64,000 bases of DNA from a bacterium (GCA_965209155.1 OZ242383.1:448001-512000); one strand, 5' to 3'; positions 10,445 through 21,530 are shown, counted from the stretch's first letter. The notes: generated by a model from the sequence alone, not told the origin. Program-made: numbers and translations.

Positions 10445-11412
10445 ATGAGCAACACCATAGAGATACCCTCCCCCATCCGTGAGCCCAAGCGACGAGGCCG
10501 GTTTGCGGATTTCTTCATCCGGTTGTGGTAGGAGAAGCCGCTGGGGTCGTTCTGCGGGATGATCATCCTACTCTTGATTTTTGTTGCGCTCTTTGCGGAT
10601 GTGTTGACCCCGTATCCCTATGATATACTCAACCTGGTAGACCGGCTGCAGGGTACATCCGTCCAGCATCTGCTGGGGACCGACCAGTTGGGCCGAGACC
10701 TCCTGAGCCGCCTGATCTTCGGGGCTCGTATTTCGTTGCTTGTTGGTCTTGCCGCGACCACGCTGAATGTTGTTGTCGCTGTGCTGATAGGCGGGGTTTC
10801 GGGATTCCTTGGTGGTAAATTGGACCTGGTCGTGCAGCGATTTGTCGATGCCTGGATGGCTTTTCCGGGACTGCTGCTCTTGTTAACGATTATGTCCATA
10901 GCGGGGCAAGGTCTGTTACAGATAATACTGGTCCTGGGGATAGCAGGGGGCATCGGCAGCTCAAGAGTAGCCCGAGGCGCCGTAATCGGCATTAAAGAGA
11001 ATGACTATTTTCTGGCAGCCCGGGCCGTGGGTACCCCGACCAGCCAAATCCTGATCCGCCATGTCCTGCCCAATATTATGGCGCCCCTCATCATCATCTT
11101 CAGCATCAACATCGGGGGGTGATTATCAGTGAGGCGTCGCTGAGCTTTCTCGGATTCGGTCTGCCTGCCCATATTCCCAGCTGGGGAGGGATGCTCAGCC
11201 GGGAAGGGCGTGTCTACATGGAGATGGCGCCCTGGCTGGCGCTCTGGCCTGGTCTTGCCCTGACGATTACCGTCTACAGTCTCAACATGTTCGGCGACGC
11301 CTTGCGGGATCTGCTCGATCCCCGGCTGCGAGGCGGACAGGGCAGTTATGGCACCACCGCGAAACGCAAAAAAGGCCTCCTCGCCCGGCTGATCAACCCT
11401 TTCAACGGGTAA
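10445..11412 (+). pseudogene. DppC-like permease with in-frame TAG at 10529 and a G6-for-G7 frameshift at 11114-11119
   Basis: Comparison with intact copies at 42258 and 48942. Confidence 0.88.
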
Positions 11413-11596
11413 GCGCACCAACGGAGCCCCCCCCCTTTTTCCTTCCTGAGAATCGCTGTTTTTTCTTCTGCGTCAAGTTTGGGCCATTGGAAAGAATCAA
11501 GCCCGAGAGAATCTATTCCTTTTTTAGACCTAGGTTTTTCATAGTGCTATCGACCAGCTAACCGGGGAAAACCCAGTGAGATTTTTGGATTGAATG

Positions 11597-11670
11597 GATT
11601 AACTCCGTTGAACCCTGAAAAAGAGACAAATTTTTACGGGTTTGACTCCGTGTTCAACGTCTTGTTAAGC
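11597..11670 (-). other. Degenerate attC-like site
   Basis: Minus strand GCTTAAC-aagac-GTTGAAC...GTTCAAC-gga-GTTAATC, about 40 nt after the GNAT stop; second spacer too short. Confidence 0.45.
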
Positions 11671-11709
11671 AACATGTTTTGATTGATCCATTTACTCATT
11701 TTAAAAAAT

Positions 11710-12222
11710 TTATTTTCCTAATACTGTATCATAAGCTTGCTGTAGCATGGTCAATGGTAAGAAGAGTTGTAATTCGTTGCTAGGCATCGGCATAAATCTA
11801 AATTGGTCATAATATTTTTGTGCTTCTCTATCTTTCGCATCTACAAAAAATCCTATAATTCCAATGTTTTTTGAAATGAGAAGTGTTCGTTCAATGGCAT
11901 TGATCATCATATATTTTCCTAACCCTTGTCTTTGACATTTTTTGGAAACAGCAAGACGGCCCAGCTTAGACGCTGGTACTTTGCTTGGATATTGCTTGGC
12001 ATATTTAGCAGGTAATTCCTCTGCCTGGATTTCACTAAAAGCTAAGGTAAAGAATCCCAATATTTCATGGGGTTGTTCTTCTTCAACTACCACAAAAGTT
12101 CTGGAAATTCCTTTCACAAGATGCTGTCTCGCTGTGTTTCTGAGATATTGGTTTAATTCCTCTACGCCACAATCAAATTTAATGCGATCATGCTTTTTGG
12201 TGAGTTCCTCGATTTTCAACAT
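11710..12222 (-). CDS. GNAT-family acetyltransferase toxin (AtaT/TacT-like)
   Basis: FDCGVEELNQYL, LGRLAVS..CQRQGLG, VDAKD motifs. Confidence 0.88.
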   Translation of the reverse strand: MLKIEELTKKHDRIKFDCGVEELNQYLRNTARQHLVKGISRTFVVVEEEQPHEILGFFTLAFSEIQAEELPAKYAKQYPSKVPASKLGRLAVSKKCQRQGLGKYMMINAIERTLLISKNIGIIGFFVDAKDREAQKYYDQFRFMPMPSNELQLFLPLTMLQQAYDTVLGK

Positions 12223-12496
12223 TAGAAAATGCCTCTTGATATGATTTCATCGCTTCCAATAGCTTCTCATTAATAGGGGGTGGATTCTCTACTGTATCAA
12301 AGAACACTTTTGCATCTCGTTTAGTCATATGAATAACTCGCTCTTTCTCTAAAACCTGATCTGCTTTTTCAAGTGCTGATTGTACTAAGAACTGATTCAA
12401 TGTTGCCCCTACCAATTGAGATGCTTCAGTCAGTTTTTCATAGACATGTAGAGGAATTCTTGCCGAGACTCGTTCTGTGCGTTTAACTGCTGACAT
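12188..12496 (-). CDS. DUF1778 RHH antitoxin (AtaR/TacA-like)
   Basis: ERVSARI...ASQLVGATLNQFLVQSALEKA...NPPPINEKL; directly upstream of the GNAT gene. Confidence 0.88.
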   Translation of the reverse strand: MSAVKRTERVSARIPLHVYEKLTEASQLVGATLNQFLVQSALEKADQVLEKERVIHMTKRDAKVFFDTVENPPPINEKLLEAMKSYQEAFSNVENRGTHQKA

Positions 12497-13507
12497 TTTG
12501 ACCTCCTTGATTTGAAATAAAATAATGATTTATTCTACTCGACTTTGAACATTTTTACATATGGTTCCCACGGGGACCATGGGAACCTGAGAAGACGGAC
12601 CGCGCGGCGGACCGACTCCGCGTCCTGACTGCAGAGCGGTCAAATAGTGCGTTCCAACGCAGAGCATTGGAACGAAAAATAAGTCACATCGTGTGAAAAC
12701 AATGACATGTTTAATTATCAGTCATTGTTCTCAAAGCCTTATTCCTTCAACAACGAAATTTTGTCGAAATGTTCAAAGTCCAGATTCTACTACTGTGATG
12801 TCAAAATGGCAACTAGAAATATTTAAATGACACCATAATGGCGACATAAAGGAAGTATATGAGGTGAGAAATGGGAGTGTGCTTAACGTCAAGGTTACTT
12901 GCGCCCACCTGATCATGACGAGGCCTTCACCCCTTCCGAGGCATCAAAGAGGCTTAAAGCATTTCTACTGGTCTTTCGTTTTCTTTTGTGATCGTTTTCT
13001 ACGAAATCGTCTTGGGCTGACGAATTTTAAGAATTTCGGCTTGTTTTTCGTTTTCTTTTGTGATAGTTCTAAGAAATCAGCCTTTGGCTGTAGGTTTTAT
13101 TTCAATGTCGCTCCTATTTTGAACCGAAGGTCATCTAAAACCTCATCTCCTCCCCAGAGGATTTTTAGAAACGTTCAACGGGGAATGGAAAAGTGCTAAA
13201 AATGTTGACTTCTGGATCTCAATATGAAAAAAATATTTTCGTTGATCATCAGAAGACACTCATGAATGAATGAGTCGCCCTGTTCAAAAAAACCTTGATA
13301 CATTTGCAGAGCGATTATACTATTTCCAGGTATGAGAAAAATTTGCTTTAAATGACTAAATCGGATCCGTCTTAAAAAATATGTTGATTTTTTTCTGGAT
13401 ATAAAATATTTTCTTAAAGAGTCGCTGTCGCGAAATGGCTTTTCGCTGTCAGCTATCAATCAGGATGATATGAAAGTCTGAAATTAACCCGTCAAATATA
13501 AAATAGC

Positions 13508-13536
13508 TTGACAAAAGGTTAATATGGGAGTATCAT
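13508..13536 (+). promoter_or_regulatory. sigma70-type promoter, module 3
   Basis: TTGACA-N17-TATCAT. Confidence 0.8.
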
Positions 13537-13541
13537 TCAAT

Positions 13542-13625
13542 CACCCGGCACCCGGCACCCGGCACCCGGCACCCGGCACCCGGCACCCGGCACCCGGCAC
13601 CCGGCACCCGGCACCCGGCACCCGG
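13542..13625 (+). repeat. Heptamer VNTR (CACCCGG)x12
   Basis: 84 nt of perfect tandem repeat. Confidence 0.98.
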
Positions 13626-13836
13626 CACACAGCACCCACGTTTTAAATCCCAAGTCCCCAGTTCATTGGATTGTCCCCCCTTATCTCATCTCGACTTCAG
13701 GGAGAGATCCTTGAATTACCCCTCAGTTCATTTCAGCCAATGGAAATTCCTCAAGAGAATTTAAAGTACATGGTTCATTGCCCAATCCTGGAGCCATGAA
13801 TCGTTTTTTTGATCACTCCAAAATGAAGGAGACCCA

Positions 13837-15933
13837 ATGGGTAGAGAAATCGTCGAGAACGGGCTTTCGGGAACGAAAGCAGGTTTTAAATCAATCCTAA
13901 ATCTTGTTTTTAATCAAAAAGCAGAAAGGAACACCATGAACCGTCAAAAAAGTAGAGGAATCGTCGAGAACGTGCTTTCGGGAACGAAAGCAGGTTTTAA
14001 TAATCTTGTTTTTAATCAAAAAGCAGAAAGGAGCACCATGAACCGTCAAAAAAGTAGAGAAATCGTCGACAACGTGCTTTCGGGAAGGAAAGCAGGTTTT
14101 AAAGCAATCCTAAATCTTGTTTTTAATCAAAAAAAAGAAAGGAAAAAGATGGATAATCAAAAAAGCAAATCAACCTTCAGTGCAACCCTGCTGGCCCTCG
14201 TCTTGGGTACATTTGCCTTTTGGACAGGCCCGACCGCCGTGACCGGGCAAGAGATGGTCAAAGATCCCACCACGGGCCAGATGGTGAGCAAGCCTAAGTA
14301 TGGGGGGAGATTCACTTTTGCCACGGGGGGATATGAGCCTGTGCATACTGACCCCGTGCTCCACGGCGGCGTGGGCGTGGCTACCGCCAGCGTGTCAGAG
14401 CAACTGGCCATGGGGAACTGGGGAATAAATCGGGACGAAGTTGACTTCTCAAGCCAGTTCATCCCTGTCTCGGCTGCGAGAGGGCAGTTGGCCGAGCGCT
14501 GGGAACTGCCCGACCCCCTCACCTATATTTTCCACATCCGCCAGGGCGTTCGCTGGCACAAGAAGCCCCCCATGAATGGTCGGGCGCTCACGGCCCGGGA
14601 TATCGAATATAACTATCATCGTAATTTGGGTCTGGGCAGCGGCTTCACCGAAAAAGCCGAGGGCTTTGCCGCCTCTCTCCTAACGGTTCCCATCGAATCG
14701 ATCAGGGCCACCGATGAGGCGACGGTTGTTTTTAAGCTGAAAGAACCAAGGTTAACGGCCCTACATTCGATCCTGATCACGGACAACGCGTCATTTATCT
14801 TGCCCCCCGAAGTCATCCGGCAACACGGCGACGTAAAGGATTGGAGGACCCTGGTCGGCACCGGTCCCTATGAGCTGACTGACTGGGTCGAGGGCACCTC
14901 CATGACTCATACCAGGAATCCTGATTACTGGGGCCACGACGAAAAATACCCGCAGAACCGCTTGCCCTATATCGACGAGTTGAGGATGCTGTTTTTGAAA
15001 GATCAAGCGACCTATCTGGCGGCCCTGCGCTCGGGAAAGGTGGATTACCTGGGTTTCACCGCTGGTGTCTCTGACATCGTCTCGATCGATCAGGTGGAAA
15101 GCCTCCGCAAGACCAACCCTGAAATCCGGCTGATCCCGTGGTGGGACCGTAGCGAAACCTCTTATGCGCTTGACGTCTCCAAGCCGCCCTTTGACGACAT
15201 CCGGGTGCGTCAGGCGATGCAGAGGGCCCTGGACCTCAAGACCATTAACGATTCCTACTACAAGGGCGACGCCAAGTGGCAACCTCAGGGAGTCATCGGG
15301 GAAGCGCTCAACGGATACACGCCCTTTGACCAGTGGCCCGAGCGGTTCAAGCAAAGCTATGCCTATGACCCGGAAGGAGCCAAAAAGCTTCTGAAGGAAG
15401 CGGGCTATCCCAACGGCTTCAAGACCGTCTTGAACCACTTCGGTGAGTTCGATTTAAGCTATACCGAATTAGCCGCCGAATACTTTAGGGCCATTGGGGT
15501 TGATGTAGAGATTAGGGTTTTGGACCGCGCGTCTTTCATCCCTCTGGTAATGGAAGGTACAATGGAAGGGATAGCCATGACGATTCAGGGCTGGAATATT
15601 CCATGGGGGGCAGCGGGGGCTCTACGCTTTCGCATGCACTCGACCTCAGACTGGAACCTCCACAAATTCAAAGACGCTGAGGTGGACGCCAAGATTGAAG
15701 CCGCCGAAGCCGCTGCCACCATGGAGGAGCAACTCAGTTTGGCCAGTGAGCTTGATATGAAGCTGATCGAGCAGCATTGGTATGTCTGGGGTCCGAAAGC
15801 CGGCAAGTTCATGGCGGTCCAGCCGTGGGTCAAGGGGTATAACGGCGAAGTCCACCTGGGACCCCAGAACCGCTTGCCCATCTTCGCCCGCCTCTGGATT
15901 GATAGTGAGCTGAAGGAAGCAATGGGTCATTAG
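13837..15933 (+). CDS. Family 5 ABC substrate-binding protein, module 3 (probable start 14149; three N-terminal repeat units)
   Basis: SBP motifs; REIVENVLSGTKAGF... repeated three times. Confidence 0.92.
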   Translation: MGREIVENGLSGTKAGFKSILNLVFNQKAERNTMNRQKSRGIVENVLSGTKAGFNNLVFNQKAERSTMNRQKSREIVDNVLSGRKAGFKAILNLVFNQKKERKKMDNQKSKSTFSATLLALVLGTFAFWTGPTAVTGQEMVKDPTTGQMVSKPKYGGRFTFATGGYEPVHTDPVLHGGVGVATASVSEQLAMGNWGINRDEVDFSSQFIPVSAARGQLAERWELPDPLTYIFHIRQGVRWHKKPPMNGRALTARDIEYNYHRNLGLGSGFTEKAEGFAASLLTVPIESIRATDEATVVFKLKEPRLTALHSILITDNASFILPPEVIRQHGDVKDWRTLVGTGPYELTDWVEGTSMTHTRNPDYWGHDEKYPQNRLPYIDELRMLFLKDQATYLAALRSGKVDYLGFTAGVSDIVSIDQVESLRKTNPEIRLIPWWDRSETSYALDVSKPPFDDIRVRQAMQRALDLKTINDSYYKGDAKWQPQGVIGEALNGYTPFDQWPERFKQSYAYDPEGAKKLLKEAGYPNGFKTVLNHFGEFDLSYTELAAEYFRAIGVDVEIRVLDRASFIPLVMEGTMEGIAMTIQGWNIPWGAAGALRFRMHSTSDWNLHKFKDAEVDAKIEAAEAAATMEEQLSLASELDMKLIEQHWYVWGPKAGKFMAVQPWVKGYNGEVHLGPQNRLPIFARLWIDSELKEAMGH

Positions 15934-16129
15934 GGGTTTCACCGCTTGTGGTGACCTTAGGGAAAAAGGGGGTCGGGGGGTCCTTGGCGCGGAGGCTTGA
16001 GCCTCCCAGCTCCCTAACTCATTGAATAATGAGACGGCAATGGGATTGCCACGCCCCGAATGAAATCGGGGCTTGCAATGACAAAGGAGGGTTGGTAATG
16101 ACGAGGGAAGTCGCAATAAGGTGTGCCAC

Positions 16130-17127
16130 ATGAGAGCCTATATCATCAGGCGGTTATTGCTGATAATCCCCACCTTGTTTATATTGACCATCCTCGTCTT
16201 TCTCTCCGTCCGCTTCATCCCCGGCGATGTCATAGACGTAATGGTTGCAGATTTGGTGCACACTGGCGGCGATATAGACCGTGAAGCTCTGAGCGTAAGC
16301 TGGGATTAGACGTGCCTGTTCACGTGCAGTATGGACGCTGGTTGGGAGGTATCTTACTACACGGCAGCCTTGGCGAACCACTGCGTGGCGGTTTGACAGT
16401 AGAGGAGAAGATACTCGCCAGATTGCCGGTAACCATTGAGCTTGGTCTCCTGGCAATCGTAATCGGGCTGGTGATAGCCCTGCCCGTCGGCATCTACTCG
16501 GCGATTCGCCAGTATACGGCCGCCGACTACGTGGGGCGCTCCTTCGCCGTCATCGGCCTGGCAACGCCTAACTTCTGGCTGGGAGTGATGGTGATGATCT
16601 ACCCGGCCATCTGGTGGGGCTGGGCGCCGCCGCTGGAGCTGATTCCATTCACGGAAGACCCACTGGGGAACCTCGGGGTGTTCCTCGTTCTCAGCCTGAT
16701 TCTGGGGACGGCCATGGCTGCAGCCACCATGCGGATGACGCGCACCATGATGCTGGAGGTGCTGATGCAGGACTATATCAGGACCGCCTGGTCCAAGGGA
16801 CTCCGGGAACGGGTCGTGATTATTCGGCACACCATCAAAAATGCCCTCATCCCGATAGTGACGCATTCAACTGGGCTTCTTGGCCGCGCTGCGGCCGCCT
16901 AACTTCTCTGCGGCCTGCAGTTGCCGATCCTGGTCGGCGGCGCGGTGATCATGGAGAACATCTTCAACCTGCCAGGGATCGGGCGTCTATTGGTAAATGC
17001 CCTCAATGACCGAGACTACCCGATTGTCTCCGGAGTCAACCTGTTTTTTGCCACCGGGGTAGTCCTGCTCAATCTCTTCATCGACCTGATTTATCCTTAT
17101 TTGGACCCGAGGGTGCGGTATAAATAG
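16130..17127 (+). pseudogene. DppB-like permease with a frameshift at about 16290 and TAA at 16900 inside a 42-nt insertion
   Basis: Three ORF pieces reconstruct a full dppB. Confidence 0.88.
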
Positions 17128-17178
17128 TCGCTGGCGCGACAAAGGTATTAGGTGTTAGGTTTAACAGACCAGAAAACG

Positions 17179-17248
17179 GTAGGGCCGGGTGACGTCCCGG
17201 CCAAGGGGAGCGGTGCTTTTGTCAGGCCGGGACGTCACCCGGCCCTAC
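17179..17248. repeat. REP-like inverted doublet
   Basis: GTAGGGCCGGGTGACGTCCCGGCC...GGCCGGGACGTCACCCGGCCCTAC. Confidence 0.8.
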
Positions 17249-17267
17249 CGATCGAGAAATCGGGATC

Positions 17268-18238
17268 ATGAGCAACACCACAGAGACGCCCTCCCCCATC
17301 CGTGAATCCAAGCGACGGGGTCGGTTTGCGGATTTCTTTACCAGGCTGGTCAGGGAGAAGCCGCTGGGGACGTTCTGCGGAATCATCGTCTTGCTCTTCA
17401 TTTTGGTGGCGATCTTTGCCGAGGTGCTGGCTCCTTATCCTTTTGGCAAGTACACCCGGCAGACAGGATGCAGAACTCATCAGCCCGATATCTGCTGGGA
17501 ACCGACTAGCTGGGGCGAGACTTCTTGAGCCGCCTGATCTACGGGACTCGTCTTTCGTTAATTATCGGTCTGACCGCGACCACGCTCAATGTGGTCGTCG
17601 CTGTCCTGATCGGCGGCATTTCAGGATTCCTTGGGGGAAAATTGGACCTGGCTGCACAGAGATTTGTCGATGCCTGGATGGCCTTCCCGGGACTGCTCAT
17701 CTTGTTAACCATCATGTCCCTGGTGGGGCGGGGTTTGCCGCAGATCATCGTGGTCCTGGGGATCGCCGGAGGCATCACCGCTTCAAGAATAGTCAGAAGC
17801 TCCGTGATCGGTGTTAAAGAGAATGACTATTTTCTGGCAGCCAGGGCTGTGGGCACCCCCACGACCCAAATCCTGTTACGGCATGTCCTGCCCAATATTA
17901 TGGCGCCCCTCATCATCATCTTCAGCATCAACATCGGGGGGGTGATTATCTCTGCGGCTGCTCTGAGCTTTCTCGGATACGGTCTGCCAGCCGAGATTCC
18001 CGAGTGGGGAGGGATGCTCAGCCGGGAAGGACGCCGCTTCATGGAGCAAGCCCCCTGGCTGGCCTTCTGGCCGGGGCTGTTCCTGACGATTGTCGTCTAC
18101 TCCCTCAACATGTTCGGCGATGCCATGCGGGATCTGCTCGACCCCCGGCTGCGGGGCGATGAGGGCAGTTATGGCACCGCAAAGAGGAAACGCAAACGAG
18201 GCCTCCTCGCCCGATTGATCAACCCTTTCAAATGGTAA
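17268..18238 (+). pseudogene. DppC-like permease, frameshifted near 17450
   Basis: 17268..17528 and 17525..18238 are the two halves. Confidence 0.85.
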
Positions 18239-18385
18239 ACGCACAAAACTTGTCCTCGTGAAAACGGGGAGCAGCTTTCAGAATAGATCCGCATCATTGG
18301 AAGTGATTATTGGGTCAAGCCGCTTATGTGGTACTCAATTGGTACTCGGAAGACAAAGCTCGGTCAGTATTTAGTCAGTTAAATG

Positions 18386-18624
18386 TCAGTGAGGAGATGA
18401 CATAGTGAATTGCTTTTCCAATTGATCAAGTAGGATTTTTAACTCCTTAGCTGTTTTCTCAAAGAGTTCTTTTTTTGGAGATGGGGATTGTTTTAACATT
18501 TTTTGAGCAAATCGAATTTCACCAACCAACTCGCCTTTATCCAACCCTTTCTGAATTCCTTTCTGGATTCCCTTTTGGATTCCTTTTTTTCGCTTTGAGC
18601 AATCAACTGTTCTGCAATTGACAT
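18386..18624 (-). pseudogene. Rpn/YhgA-like C-terminal fragment, frameshifted
   Basis: MSIAEQLIAQSEK/GIQKGIQKGIQK.../GELVGEIRFAQKML repeat pattern typical of Rpn C-termini. Confidence 0.55.
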
Positions 18625-18637
18625 AGCTTGTACCAGG

Positions 18638-19432
18638 CTATTTTCTAGCGTTCAGCATACTACGTAACATTTTTGGTGGATATGCTTTACGAACTTTTTT
18701 CAATTTTTCTAAGGGAGTTGTGCCAAATACGTCTTCACCATATTTAATGAAAGAAGATTCGATATGATTTTCGATGAGTTCTTTATCGTTTGGAAACTTA
18801 TTTTTGTAAGCTCTTGAAAGATTACCTAGATAGTCACTAATTTGCATTTCAATATATTCTTGTTTTGTCTCACATTCGTACTCCATCAGTTTTCCTAAAA
18901 AGATAGTCCTGATCGTTTTTTCTCCATTATTAAAATCGCTATTAAAGGCTTGGGGCTCAAGATAGAATAATTTAAATACTTCAATATCGATGCTTTCTGG
19001 TAGGTATTTGGAACTCTCTAATTTATTCAGACTGTAGAGGGTTATACGCTGAAGGTAAGAAGGATCTTTGTCGATCAGAGATAAAATATCCTTAATATGA
19101 ATCAATTCATGTGTGATTGAATTTTCTTGATTTATCAAGTTTTTGATCTTGGGATCATATCCATCTGCCATTGTAATGACGGGCAGATAATAGTTATCCG
19201 TATATTCAGGCAGTATGTTATGAATTTGAAGGAGTAATCCTACCATTTGTGCTGCAAAAACCTGATCGGTTTCAATTCTCAATAAAATATATGGAAATCC
19301 ATCTTTTCTTTCCAGTAAAGATTCTGTGGCGCGAAGGGAGCCATAGACATTTTGTTCTTCCAATAGTTTCTCTAAACGCCCAAATTGTTGTGAATCCAAT
19401 AATTTTAAGTAAATTTCTTGATAGCTTAACAT
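18638..19432 (-). CDS. Hypothetical protein (AT-rich, cassette-like; HELIH motif)
   Basis: 264-aa ORF downstream of the attC at 19661-19778. Confidence 0.75.
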   Translation of the reverse strand: MLSYQEIYLKLLDSQQFGRLEKLLEEQNVYGSLRATESLLERKDGFPYILLRIETDQVFAAQMVGLLLQIHNILPEYTDNYYLPVITMADGYDPKIKNLINQENSITHELIHIKDILSLIDKDPSYLQRITLYSLNKLESSKYLPESIDIEVFKLFYLEPQAFNSDFNNGEKTIRTIFLGKLMEYECETKQEYIEMQISDYLGNLSRAYKNKFPNDKELIENHIESSFIKYGEDVFGTTPLEKLKKVRKAYPPKMLRSMLNARK

Positions 19433-19660
19433 ATTCTATATCCTTATATTCAACCGTCTAACTCAATTTCCCAAACCCAATACCGAGCTTCTTTTTAAAA
19501 TGAATTATTTCCATTTTGCATGATCAATCATCTTTTTAAATTGAATCTCTATAAAGCTTAAAGGAGATTTTCCCGTCTTTTTCCATTCATACCTATTCTG
19601 TCGAAAGAATGTCAATTAGAAAAGATCCGTATCGATAAGGCAATACGAATTTTTATGCGT

Positions 19661-19778
19661 TGCTAACATTTTAGTTAAGCCGCTTTGCAAGAGTATGGAG
19701 CGAGGTAAGCCCAGTCTTCCTTGAGTGAATCTTTGATGGTGTTGAGGATGCAAAGTCAGCTTCAACGGCTGGTTGGAC
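19661..19778 (-). other. attC site
   Basis: Minus strand GTCCAAC-cagcc-GTTGAAGCTGACTTTGCA...TGCAAAGCGGCTTAAC-taaaat-GTTAGCA, with extra bases on the first arm. Confidence 0.7.
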
Positions 19779-19838
19779 AGACCCGCGGGTCCGAAGCGAA
19801 AGGGGTGAGGGGTTAGGATTAATATAGCCAAGAAAACG

Positions 19839-19907
19839 GTAGGGCCGGGTGACGTCCCGGCCAATGCGAGCGATGCGTTTTCAGGCCGGGACGTCACCCG
19901 GCCCTAC
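19839..19907. repeat. REP-like inverted doublet
   Basis: Same arms as at 10356 and 17179, different loop. Confidence 0.8.
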
Positions 19908-19926
19908 CTATAGAGAAATCGAGAAA

Positions 19927-20894
19927 ATGAGCGACACCACCAAGATCCCCTCCCCCATCCGTGAACCCAAGCGACGTGCCAGGCTGGCGGATTTCTTTTT
20001 CAGGCTTCTCAGGGAAAAACCACTGGCACTTTTGGCGGGATTATCATCTTGATCTTGATTCCGGTGGCGATCTTTGCCGATGTTCTGGCTCCTTATCGTT
20101 TTGATAAAATGCACCTGGCAGACCGGCTGCAGGGTGCATCCGTCCAGCATCTGCTGGGGACCGACCAGTTGGGCCGAGACCTCCTGAGCCGCCTGATCTT
20201 CGGGGCTCGTATTTCCTTAGTGGTGGGTCTGGCCGCAACCACGCTCAATGTTCTCGTTGCGCTCCTGATCGGGGGCACCTCCGGATTCCTTGGAGGAAAA
20301 CTGGACCTGGCGGTGCAAAGATTTGTTGATGCCTGGATGGCGTTTCCGGGACTGCTGCTCTTGTTGACGATCATGTCGGTCGTGGGGCAGGGCTTGCTCC
20401 AGATCATCGTCGTCCTGGGGATCGTCGGTGGCATTGGGGGCTCCCGTGTCGTCCGGGGTGCGGTGATCGGTATCAAAGAGAATGACTATTTTCTGGCCGC
20501 CCGGGCCGTGGGTACCCCCACGGGTCGAATCCTGACCCGCCATGTGCTGCCCAATATCATGGCACCGATCATCATCATCTTCTCCATCAACATCGGCGGC
20601 GTCATTATTGCCGAAGCGTCGCTGAGTTTCCTCGGCTTCGGGCTGCCACTGAACATTCCCAGCTGGGGTGGTCTGCTCAGCCGGGAAGGACGCACCTACA
20701 TTGAGATGGCGCCCTGGCTGGCGCTCTGGCCTGGTCTCTGCCTGACGATTGTCGTCTACTCCCTCAACATGTTCGGCGATGCCCTCAGGGACCTGCTCGA
20801 CCCCCGGCTGCGGGGCGGTGAGGGCAGTTATGGTGTCGCAGGGAAACGCAAACGAGGATTCCTCTCCCGACTGATCAACCCTTTCAATGGGTAA
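19927..20894 (+). pseudogene. Extra DppC-like permease, frameshifted near 20025
   Basis: MSDTTKIPSPIREPKRR...EKPL is out of frame with 20049..20894. Confidence 0.82.
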
Positions 20895-20984
20895 GTGCAC
20901 AAAACTTGTCCTCGTGAAAACGGGGAGGAGCCCGTAGTCAAACATCCATTTCAGTCAGCTATTGCATTCTAGGCACTGTACCTC

Positions 20985-21310
20985 ATGTTTTTCTGGGCTT
21001 GCTTCTTCAGGATCGCTTCGTGGGCCTCGGAAGAGCCATTGTGATAGGTCCCGAACCAATGATTCAACGGCATTATGGGTTCACCGTAATTGCACTCAAA
21101 GTGACGGTGATGCAGATTGTGGAAATAACTGCTGGCACCGCCAACCCGAAGGTTCCCCTTGATAACCAGCTGCTGGAACCCGGAATGCCCTCAGGCGGGA
21201 GCGCGTTGTGTTGGGCATTCATCAGCATGTGGATGGGATGCGAGGGCACGATCCAGTGAATCAGCACACTGCTGAAGACAATCAGGTGCTCAATGGGATG
21301 CATGGCTAGA
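20985..21310 (-). pseudogene. Sterol desaturase / fatty-acid hydroxylase C-terminal fragment
   Basis: MHPIEHLIVFSSVLIHW.../GHSGF...YFHNLHHRHFECNYG...WFGTYH histidine boxes, one frameshift. Confidence 0.75.
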
Positions 21311-21397
21311 AGAGAAACTTCCGCTTTCCCGTCGCCAGCCACTCGGCGTTGTATTTGTACTGTCGCTCCTGGTACTTGCACGACCAGAGGCGGAGAC

Positions 21398-21530
21398 TGT
21401 CAACTTATTCGAGGGGGCAGAATCCCAACAGCGATCTCGACTGAATTGATAACTTTACCAGCAAGTATAAAATGTTGAAGGAACTGTAATTTGCGTGGGG
21501 TTCTACTCCACCTCAAGCGTCTTGTTCGGC
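21398..21530 (-). other. Degenerate attC-like site
   Basis: Minus strand GCCGAAC-aagac-GCTTGAGGTGGAGTAGAACCCC...GGGATTCTGCCCCCTCGA-ataa-GTTGACA. Confidence 0.5.

Larger units (their letters stand above)
12963..13836 (+). repeat. Module 3 leader
   Basis: Near-identical copy of the shared leader. Confidence 0.95.

Noticed and set aside
13196..13459. Repeated minus-strand ORF MIADSEKPFRD... (also 6855..7061) in the leader
   Set aside because: Length and frame differ between copies, with no SD or recognisable domain; treated as non-coding
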